From Chlorokybus atmophyticus (taxonomy: Eukaryota; Plantae; Mesostigma and Chlorokybus algae): a stretch of 64,000 bases of DNA. Of this stretch, positions 23,482 through 34,003 are shown piece after piece. Each line of letters starts with the position of its first letter. Position 1 is the stretch's first letter. A program made the position numbers and the translations under genes. The stretch lies in the NCBI GenBank assembly GCA_009103225.1, contig RHPI01003244.1, positions 1 to 64,000 of the forward strand, given 5' to 3'. Under the pieces are notes generated by a model. It had not been told where the DNA came from, made no database searches, and saw only the letters and a program-made list of their open reading frames with translations.

Positions 23482-24024
23482 NNNNNNNNNNNNNNNNNNN
23501 NNNNNNNNNNNNNNNNNNNNNNNNNNNNNNNNNNNNNNNNNNNNNNNNNNNNNNNNNNNNNNNNNNNNNNNNNNNNNNNNNNNNNNNNNNNNNNNNNNNN
23601 NNNNNNNNNNNNNNNNNNNNNNNNNNNNNNNNNNNNNNNNNNNNNNNNNNNNNNNNNNNNNNNNNNNNNNNNNNNNNNNNNNNNNNNNNNNNNNNNNNNN
23701 NNNNNNNNNNNNNNNNNNNNNNNNNNNNNNNNNNNNNNNNNNNNNNNNNNNNNNNNNNNNNNNNNNNNNNNNNNNNNNNNNNNNNNNNNNNNNNNNNNNN
23801 NNNNNNNNNNNNNNNNNNNNNNNNNNNNNNNNNNNNNNNNNNNNNNNNNNNNNNNNNNNNNNNNNNNNNNNNNNNNNNNNNNNNNNNNNNNNNNNNNNNN
23901 NNNNNNNNNNNNNNNNNNNNNNNNNNNNNNNNNNNNNNNNNNNNNNNNNNNNNNNNNNNNNNNNNNNNNNNNNNNNNNNNNNNNNNNNNNNNNNNNNNNN
24001 NNNNNNNNNNNNNNNNNNNNNNNN

Positions 24025-24874
24025 GTCTCATGTCGATATCAGTGTTATAGTTAAGTAACACTACATTAGGGCCTTAACACTAGGTTAACGGCCCTAATAA
24101 GGCTTAATAGGCTGTATAATCCCGTTGGGACCCTTATTTAATCCTAAATAAGGGCGGGGAACCTCTATGGAGGTAGCACACCGTTACATTCCCCCCCACT
24201 TAGAGGGTGTGCCCCTCCTCCCTTTAATCCCCTACCCCAACACCACCACCAGCCTCGCCGCCGCCGCCGCCACTGCCGGGGCAGTTGCCAGAGCAAAAGA
24301 TGCTCTGGCTATGGCGGCCGCTGCGTTAGCAGCGCCGCCATGCAGCTGATATCAACATGAGACTCATGTCTCATGTCAATATTAGTGTTATAGTTAAGTA
24401 ACATTACATTAGGGCCTTAACACTAGGTTAACGGCCCTAATAAGGCTTAATAGGCTGTATAATCCCGTTGGGACCCTTATTTAATCCTAAATAAGGGCGG
24501 GGAACCTCTATGGAGGTAGCACACCGTTACATTCCCCCCCACTTAGAGGGTGTGCCCCTCCTCCCTTTAATCCCCTACCCCAACACCACCACCAGCCTCG
24601 CCGCCGCCGCCGCCACTGCCGGGGCAGTTGCCAGAGCAAAAGATGCTCTGGCTATGGCGGCCGCTGCGTTAGCAGCGCCGCCATGCAGCTGATATCAACA
24701 TGAGACTCATGTCTCATGTCAATATTAGTGTTATAGTTAAGTAACATTACATTAGGGCCTTAACACTAGGTTAACGGCCTTAATAAGGCTTAATAGGCTG
24801 TATAATCCCGTTGGGACCCTTATTTAATCCTAAATAAGGGCGGGGAACCTCTATGGAGGTAGCACACCGTTACA
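24025..24874 (-). repeat. Tandem array of gypsy-2 LTR units, period 343 bp (one partial and two complete units)
   Basis: Units end ...caccgttaca at 24188, 24531 and 24874. Each is joined by ttcccccccacttag (the PPT region) to an LTR lacking its first 11 plus-strand bases. Confidence 0.92.
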
Positions 24875-25008
24875 CCGGGCATGTGATGATACAACGACAA
24901 TTTTCATTATTAGCGTAGCATCATCATGATAACTATGATAGCTCGACGGTTGGGGCGCCGAGCTATTATGCTACACTGCTCATGTAAGTAATGTAGCATC
25001 ATAGTTGA

Positions 25009-25076
25009 TTGGGGCGCGGAGCTATGACGCTACACTGTTCATATGAACAGTGTAGCCTCATAGCTCCGCGCCCCAA
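25009..25076. repeat. 68-bp spacerless palindrome (34-bp arms, one mismatch); second copy at 31518-31585
   Basis: ttggggcgcggagctatgacgctacactgttcat|atgaacagtgtagcctcatagctccgcgccccaa, with a degenerate related unit just upstream (~24949-25004). Confidence 0.9.
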
Positions 25077-25113
25077 CCGATCCAAATATAGTAGTTTACT
25101 TGTATACCCATAC

Positions 25114-25618
25114 TTTAACAATTAGGGCCCGACCACTAGGCTATGGTAGTAAAAGACACTATCATGAGTGAGGTCTGTCACAATTTATCCCAATTCGAGA
25201 CATTCCTCCTCAATTTAACCCATGAGTTTCTCATAATCCAATGAGGCACTAGCCCACGTCACCGTGTTCGCGGCCATACCACGATCGGTCTGCCCGCGGC
25301 CTGTTGAATCGGCCCACGAACGGTCCTGACCGACCGAACGGCCATCCTCACCGCGCGACCTGCTATCGCAGCGCGACCGCTCACGCGGCCTTAGGTTGAA
25401 CTGGCTCGGCGCGCAGGTCGAAATCCCGCGCCCAGTGTAGGGCAAGCCGCCCCAAATGTTTTGTTTTTGCCTTGGATCTGCCTCAGTCCCCTATTGGAAT
25501 TGAACCTGAAACGTCAAGCTCCGATACCATTGTAACAATTGGGGCCCGATCACTAAGCTATGGTAATAAAAGACACTACCATGAGTGAGGTCTGTCACAA
25601 TTATCCCAATTCGTAACA
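25114..25618 (-). mobile_element. TRIM family B (505 bp)
   Basis: 88-89 bp LTRs at 25531-25618 (5') and 25114-25202 (3'). PBS TGGTATCGGAGC at 25529-25518, PPT GAGGAGGAA at 25211-25203, and TSD CATAC (25109-25113 and 25619-25623). Confidence 0.92.
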
Positions 25619-27495
25619 CATACGCTCCGCAAGTAGTTCTCTTCTGCTTGCTATGTCTTCCTGCTCTTCACCCCACCCCCGTGCTGTGTTGCAGGGTCAT
25701 AGTTGGCGTAGTGTCAGCTACAACTCTACGTTGGCCCTCACTTAAAAATAAGCTTCCGACAAAATGTCTTTGGCATTTTGTCGCAAGCTTCTATTATGAG
25801 CCCCTACTCCCGAGCTGCATCTTTGCAAATCTTTATGACTGCTATATACAAGTTACTCTCGTAGTTAAACAAAATGTTAGTTGTTACCATCGTAATGCCA
25901 ATAGTACATGTCGTGACTATGGCAATATGATGACCCATCAGTAACAAAAATAACAAACTTGTGTCAGCAATAATTGCACTAAATGTATGTATCATTATAT
26001 TATATATGTACATTGTACTGCAAACATGGTATATTGATAGCATCATATCGTATATAATGCTTTGAATCTTGTTGTGTGTAGTGCATAATGCTATCATCGT
26101 TGTTTTCGGTACAAACCGCATCCTATGCCCTAATATGCCTATTAAGTACCGTATTTTCTCTTAATATGGTAAAGTGCATGTGTTGCAGGTGTTTATATCT
26201 GTAACACATGCGGTTATGTGACATCATGATGTTGATCCTGCAAAGCCTTAAGTTGAGGCTATGACCGCAAGTTGTGCCACCCTGGTAGCAAAAGTTGATG
26301 TTATAGCCTTAACATAAGTTAATGCATAGCCTAATGATTAAGGCGCCGTGTTATAATACTTTATCATAATATATTAATGATCTGACGACGACAAACATTT
26401 TGATCTTAGCCGAATTTATTGTCGTGTGCAACATTGGCCCACAAAGTCACATTATCAATATCGGTGCAATTAAGTACAATAAAACATGCTGCCACATTTG
26501 TGTCACACGTGGTCATAAGACATTGCCATCGAGCTGCACAAGCGCGGGCAAGGGCGATTATTGCCAAATACATAGCAGGCTGATATATATATTAATGATC
26601 AATTGATGCGTCGTGTTATCACCTGTCATAGCACATGCAAGCTTGATCGATATCATCTGCAATTTTATCGAATTTTATATTACGCGGTTATTTATTTCCA
26701 CATGTTCAACGCAATAAAGCTCATGATATTTCATCGTTACAGCTAACATTGGTTCAATAACACGTGTTAAAGTTAAGAAAGTGTTGTATTTTAGCAATAG
26801 TATGTCGTTGTCCATTGCCGAGTTTATTTTACATTTAAGTGCAATTGTGCATATATCATATATAAATTAAACATCACATACATATATATGTATATAGATA
26901 CATACAACTGAATAAGTATCGGTGAATGATTGGCTGCATGAATGTGCATGTTGAAGACAATATGAATGCACACATGTTCATAAACGCCGTTATTATAATA
27001 ATGTTAAATGCGCCTGTAATCCATGACAATCATCTTCATTTTATGTGATGCATATATCATTCAAGTTATGAATAACTACACACCTACCAGCCTGAATACC
27101 ACAGTACCACAGATTGTCTGTTGAATAAACGATTGTGTAAGGCCCTTTTACGAATCCCCCCCCCCCCTTACCCCTACCTTTCGATAGCAGTAACCATGCA
27201 ATCCATTGAAAATGCTTTAACATGCATGACTTTGCGGGGTTTTGGCGAAACAAAACATAGATGTTTTTCCGAAGCTCGTCACAAACAATCAGAAGCACTA
27301 CGGTATGCTCTTAAAACTAAGCAGCATTTGGTAGAACTTTGCTCGATTAAAGCCTAGGGAAACCCCATCCACATCATGATTCGTAGCATAAGATGTCGCA
27401 GGATGGACAGCATGCTCTTAAAGAGGGTGGTGGCCTTTTCGCTACACGTCGCTCTTGCCCAAATTTTCTCACATTTTGTGTTAATACGTGTGATA

Positions 27496-30400
27496 GGGTA
27501 AAGGCTCCTTATTTGGCCATTCGCCCTAATTTGGCCAATACGTGGTTTTTGGCGGCTAGCTGGCCAACCCCTTACCCAATCGCGGTCAACTTTAAACTAA
27601 GATAGAACTACTGGTAATACACCTGCAAACCAAGTTTCGCGTCAAACGGCCAAGTGTGGCGCGAGATTTAAATTTTCAAAAGACTGTTTCAGTTAGGGTG
27701 ATGCTTCCCACCTCCAACCCCCAACTTTACGTTTTAATAACTTTTGCAAGTATATTGCAAATATAGTGGGGTTTGTTCCCACGTGTTTCTAATGGTGTGT
27801 AGAGCTTATATATCAGCTCTCATGCCATTTGGGTTTGAAACGCAAATATTACATGTTGGTCTTGAGAGGGGTAATGCGTAAGTTTTTTTGCACATATGTT
27901 GAGTGATGAATAGCATGGCAAACGGGGAGGGGGGGGTGGCATTCAAGGGGCAAGTGAGTTTGCAAGCATTGTAGTTGATGGGCAAGTGTTGCAGTTGGTG
28001 CTGGTGCTAGTATGCAAGTGGTGGAGGGGTAGGTGAGGTAGGGGGGAGGTGACATGCACGGTGTGCTAGTGTAAGACACACTGCAAGTGTTGCATTGTGA
28101 GGCAGGCTGCAAGTGTTGCATTGCAAGTGTTATAGCTAAGTGTTACAGCTAAGTACAAGTCTTCTATGAGTGGCTACCTATGGTGGCTGCTGGTAGCAGG
28201 GTAGGTGGCTTTGGGTTTTGCACCAACTTTGTCATCCTTGCGGACTTGCCGCTTAGACCACTCTGTGACATCATGGCAGTCCTACTGACATCACCCTATG
28301 CAGGGCAAACGTGTAAGAGCAAAGACACCTGCACGCTCAGCCCGACGCAAAGGCTACAAATGGTGAAGTGCTAGCATGGAGGACATCCAGCGTGCAGTGC
28401 AGGCGATAGCTCAAGGCTGCATGACCCTCACCGATGCTGTTCCAGAACTTGGCATCCCGAGGACAACCCTGCGCAGATATTGCTCCAACCCTGCTGCGTT
28501 GGATACTTACAGGTGAGAACTGAATGCAAGTTGCTGATGTGCACATGCAATGTGTGCAAGACACTGAGTGCAAGTTGCTGATGTGCACATGCAAGTTGTG
28601 CAAGTAACTGACTGCAAGTTGCTGATGTCCAAATGCAATGTGTGTGCTGCAGGAATGCTGGCGCTGCACTCTGTGCACTGCACTCTGTTTACTGTTGAAG
28701 AAGAGACTGACCTGAAACAGGTCGTGATAGCTCGCAACAAGTGTGGGCGTGGTGTAACATGGACTCAAGTTTGTATAGAGGCGGGGAAGAGACTTGTTGG
28801 AGATGAACGTGCAAGCTTGTGTGTGAGGGGCATACCTGGCAAGAAGTGGTGGTACGCTTTTAAAAAGAGATACAACCTTAGCTCTTGCAAAGCTGAAGCT
28901 CTTGACAAGTCCCGGAGGGTGTCCTTGAAGAGAGACGTTGTCTACCATTACTTTGACTTGCTGGAGAAGACAGTTGCAGAGTTGGGAGTGGGACCAGAGC
29001 GCATCATTTCCGCTGATGAAGTGGGAGTTGAACCCAACACCGCAGTCCAAAACCAAAGGGTCATCTGTGAAAGGCAAGTATTGGCTGATGCATGTTGTGT
29101 CATGCAAATGAGTAGCTGCAAATGAGTAGCATGCTCACATGTTGCGTGGCTTGCAGTGGTGCCAAATGGGCTCAGGCAGCAACCACAGGCAGCAGAGAAC
29201 ATGTCACCCTCATGGCTGCAGTCACTGGTGCTGGCTATGCCTTCCCCCCTCTCGTTATCATGAAAGGCAAACGAGTAACCAAAGATTACCGCAAGTTCGA
29301 TGTGGCCCAAGCTGTGTATGCTGCACAAGAGAACGCGTGGATGACAACTGAGCTGTTCAAGTTGTGGATTTGCAAGCTGGTTGAATGGATGCCTGGCGGT
29401 GTGTCCCCTGCAAACCCTGCGCTGCTTGTTGTGGACGGCCATGTTAGTCGTTACAACAGCGAGATGGTCAAGTATGCCATGCAGCGTGGGCTACACATCC
29501 TCGTCCTCCCCCCTCACACAACACACCGCCTGCAAGTCCTTGACGTCAGTTGCTTTCACCCCTTCAAGGAGGTCTACCGCAGGAAGTACAGAGAGCGCCA
29601 AGAAAAGAGATACAACCATGACCTTGGGAGGGAACAGTTTTTGGAATTGCTTGTACAACCATGGCGTGAAGGATTGTCCCCCAGCAACATCATCAGTGGC
29701 TTCAGAGCGTGTGGACTTTGGCCTCTCAACAAGCATGTGCTCGACAAGTACTTCCCTGCAGAAGACACTCACATCCCCCCCGCCATGCACAATCTCCTCA
29801 ATGCCATTGACCTGGAAGCAGCTGCACAGTCAGAGGAGGGCCACACAGCAGCTGGAGCAGAGCATGCCCCAACATCAACAGCACAAGAGCAAGCTGGAAC
29901 TGCACAGAAGAAGGGCAAGAAGAGGCTGCGCGGCATCTACTGCGCCCATATGTTGACAAGCCCAGAGCTGGCAGCTGCTCTGGAGAAGGAGAGACTGGAA
30001 GCGGAAGCAAAGGAACAGCAAGCAGTCGCACGCAAAGAGGCAGCAAAGCAGAAGAAGCAAGATGCAGCAGCAGCTGCCATTGAGAAGGCAGCTGCTGCTG
30101 AACTCAAGCGCAAAGCTGCTGCGCTCAAGCGCATGCAAAAGGCAAACCATGCACAACAGAAGCAAGCGGACAAGTTGACAAAAGAGAGGGAGAAGCAAGA
30201 GGCGCAGCAGGCAGCTGATGCGGAGGCTCACCTTGTGTCGCAGCAGAGGGACAAGACAGGGAAGGAAGCGGAAGCCCTGCTGTTGCGCTATGTCTGGGAC
30301 CCAATGGAGTGCCACAATCAGCTTGGGGAACCACTCTGGGACTGGGCAAAAAACTTCTCCACAAGGATGGTATCGCCAACGCTGTATGTACGTGAGCAAG

Positions 30401-30607
30401 CCAGGGCTGCAGGCGCAAGCTGGAGGGCAAAGAAGGCTAGACGACAGGCAGAGATTCGTAGATGCCTGCAAGCAAACAGCTAGTTAGGCCTAGTACACAC
30501 GCATGTGCATAGGCAGAACCTTGTACATAAAACAACAACTTGCAACAATGCAACCATGCTATCAAAACGCACGCTGTGACATACTGTGACATACTCACAC
30601 GCAAGCA

Positions 30608-30645
<38 letters not shown>
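27496..30645 (+). mobile_element. pogo/Fot1-like DNA transposon, copy 1 (right end missing at the single-N join; transposase 28376-30483 frameshifted)
   Basis: Left TIR TA|GGGTAAAGGCTCCTTATTTGGCC at 27496. Exon 2 carries 13 extra bases near 28670 relative to copy 2. Confidence 0.85.
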
Positions 30646-30688
30646 NGCCGCCTGCCGCCGCCCCTCCCACAGGCCCCTTGCCGCCCGT

Positions 30689-31383
30689 GCTCCGATACCA
30701 ATGTCAGGAGAGAGGGTGTGCCCCTCCTCCCTTTAATCCCCTACCCCAACACCACCACCAGCCTCGCCGCCGCCGCCGCCACTGCCGGGGCAGTTGCCAG
30801 AGCAAAAGATGCTCTGGCTATGGCGGCCGCTGCGTTAGCAGCGCCGCCATGCAGCTGATATCAACATGAGACTCATGTCTCATGTCGATATTAGTGTTAT
30901 AGTTAAGTAACATTACATTAGGGCCTTAACACTAGGTTAACGGCCCTAATAAGGCTTAATAGGCTGTATAATCCCGTTGGGACCCTTATTTAATCCTAAA
31001 TAAGGGCGGGGAACCTCTATGGAGGTAGCACACCGTTACATTCCCCCCCACTTAGAGGGTGTGCCCCTCCTCCCTTTAATCCCCTACCCCAACACCACCA
31101 CCAGCCTCGCCGCCGCCGCCGCCACTGCCGGGGCAGTTGCCAGAGCAAAAGATGCTCTGGCTATGGCGGCCGCTGCGTTAGCAGCGCCGCCATGCAGCTG
31201 ATATCAACATGAGACTCATGTCTCATGTCAATATTAGTGTTATAGTTAAGTAACATTACATTAGGGCCTTAACACTAGGTTAACGGCCTTAATAAGGCTT
31301 AATAGGCTGTATAATCCCGTTGGGACCCTTATTTAATCCTAAATAAGGGCGGGGAACCTCTATGGAGGTAGCACACCGTTACA
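30689..31383 (-). repeat. Second representation of the gypsy-2 5' end: PBS plus two tandem LTR units
   Basis: PBS (plus strand gctccgatacca) at 30689-30700, full LTR at 30702-31040, PPT spacer, truncated LTR at 31056-31383, then CCGGG. Confidence 0.9.
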
Positions 31384-31622
31384 CCGGGCATGTGATGATA
31401 CAACGACAATTTTCATTATTAGCGTAGCATCATCATGATAACTATGATAGCTCGACGGTTGGGGCGCCGAGCTATTATGCTACACTGCTCATGTAAGTAA
31501 TGTAGCATCATAGTTGATTGGGGCGCGGAGCTATGACGCTACACTGTTCATATGAACAGTGTAGCCTCATAGCTCCGCGCCCCAACCGATCCAAATATAG
31601 TAGTTTACTTGTATACCCATAC

Positions 31623-32127
31623 TTTAACAATTAGGGCCCGACCACTAGGCTATGGTAGTAAAAGACACTATCATGAGTGAGGTCTGTCACAATTTATCCC
31701 AATTCGAGACATTCCTCCTCAATTTAACCCATGAGTTTCTCATAATCCAATGAGGCACTAGCCCACGTCACCGTGTTCGCGGCCATACCACGATCGGTCT
31801 GCCCGCGGCCTGTTGAATCGGCCCACGAACGGTCCTGACCGACCGAACGGCCATCCTCACCGCGCGACCTGCTATCGCAGCGCGACCGCTCACGCGGCCT
31901 TAGGTTGAACTGGCTCGGCGCGCAGGTCGAAATCCCGCGCCCAGTGTAGGGCAAGCCGCCCCAAATGTTTTGTTTTTGCCTTGGATCTGCCTCAGTCCCC
32001 TATTGGAATTGAACCTGAAACGTCAAGCTCCGATACCATTGTAACAATTGGGGCCCGATCACTAAGCTATGGTAATAAAAGACACTACCATGAGTGAGGT
32101 CTGTCACAATTATCCCAATTCGTAACA
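31623..32127 (-). mobile_element. TRIM family B, duplicate copy
   Basis: Same sequence, flanks and CATAC TSD as 25114-25618. Confidence 0.9.
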
Positions 32128-34003
32128 CATACGCTCCGCAAGTAGTTCTCTTCTGCTTGCTATGTCTTCCTGCTCTTCACCCCACCCCCGTGCTGTGTTG
32201 CAGGGTCATAGTTGGCGTAGTGTCAGCTACAACTCTACGTTGGCCCTCACTTAAAAATAAGCTTCCGACAAAATGTCTTTGGCATTTTGTCGCAAGCTTC
32301 TATTATGAGCCCCTACTCCCGAGCTGCATCTTTGCAAATCTTTATGACTGCTATATACAAGTTACTCTCGTAGTTAAACAAAATGTTAGTTGTTACCATC
32401 GTAATGCCAATAGTACATGTCGTGACTATGGCAATATGATGACCCATCAGTAACAAAAATAACAAACTTGTGTCAGCAATAATTGCACTAAATGTATGTA
32501 TCATTATATTATATATGTACATTGTACTGCAAACATGGTATATTGATAGCATCATATCGTATATAATGCTTTGAATCTTGTTGTGTGTAGTGCATAATGC
32601 TATCATCGTTGTTTTCGGTACAAACCGCATCCTATGCCCTAATATGCCTATTAAGTACCGTATTTTCTCTTAATATGGTAAAGTGCATGTGTTGCAGGTG
32701 TTTATATCTGTAACACATGCGGTTATGTGACATCATGATGTTGATCCTGCAAAGCCTTAAGTTGAGGCTATGACCGCAAGTTGTGCCACCCTGGTAGCAA
32801 AAGTTGATGTTATAGCCTTAACATAAGTTAATGCATAGCCTAATGATTAAGGCGCCGTGTTATAATACTTTATCATAATATATTAATGATCTGACGACGA
32901 CAAACATTTTGATCTTAGCCGAATTTATTGTCGTGTGCAACATTGGCCCACAAAGTCACATTATCAATATCGGTGCAATTAAGTACAATAAAACATGCTG
33001 CCACATTTGTGTCACACGTGGTCATAAGACATTGCCATCGAGCTGCACAAGCGCGGGCAAGGGCGATTATTGCCAAATACATAGCAGGCTGATATATATA
33101 TTAATGATCAATTGATGCGTCGTGTTATCACCTGTCATAGCACATGCAAGCTTGATCGATATCATCTGCAATTTTATCGAATTTTATATTACGCGGTTAT
33201 TTATTTCCACATGTTCAACGCAATAAAGCTCATGATATTTCATCGTTACAGCTAACATTGGTTCAATAACACGTGTTAAAGTTAAGAAAGTGTTGTATTT
33301 TAGCAATAGTATGTCGTTGTCCATTGCCGAGTTTATTTTACATTTAAGTGCAATTGTGCATATATCATATATAAATTAAACATCACATACATATATATGT
33401 ATATAGATACATACAACTGAATAAGTATCGGTGAATGATTGGCTGCATGAATGTGCATGTTGAAGACAATATGAATGCACACATGTTCATAAACGCCGTT
33501 ATTATAATAATGTTAAATGCGCCTGTAATCCATGACAATCATCTTCATTTTATGTGATGCATATATCATTCAAGTTATGAATAACTACACACCTACCAGC
33601 CTGAATACCACAGTACCACAGATTGTCTGTTGAATAAACGATTGTGTAAGGCCCTTTTACGAATCCCCCCCCCCCTTACCCCTACCTTTCGATAGCAGTA
33701 ACCATGCAATCCATTGAAAATGCTTTAACATGCATGACTTTGCGGGGTTTTGGCGAAACAAAACATAGATGTTTTTCCGAAGCTCGTCACAAACAATCAG
33801 AAGCACTACGGTATGCTCTTAAAACTAAGCAGCATTTGGTAGAACTTTGCTCGATTAAAGCCTAGGGAAACCCCATCCACATCATGATTCGTAGCATAAG
33901 ATGTCGCAGGATGGACAGCATGCTCTTAAAGAGGGTGGTGGCCTTTTCGCTACACGTCGCTCTTGCCCAAATTTTCTCACATTTTGTGTTAATACGTGTG
34001 ATA

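Larger units (their letters stand above)
17793..24874 (-). mobile_element. Ty3/gypsy chromovirus-type LTR retrotransposon 2, young and near intact
   Basis: 339-bp 3' LTR at 17793-18131 with PPT at 18132-18140. The 5' end is an LTR array ending at 24874. Perfect TSD CCGGG at 17788-17792 and 24875-24879. LTR copies differ at only a few positions. Confidence 0.95.

Noticed and set aside
24025-24874. CRISPR-like array or repeated small gene (MEVAHRYIPPHLEG... ORFs)
   Set aside because: The units are LTR copies with no unique spacers. The ORF exists only because it runs across the LTR-PPT junction.
26147-26160. TACCGTATTT-type Tc2/pogo TIR (similar TACCGTATT at ~4270)
   Set aside because: No convincing inverted partner was found in the window.
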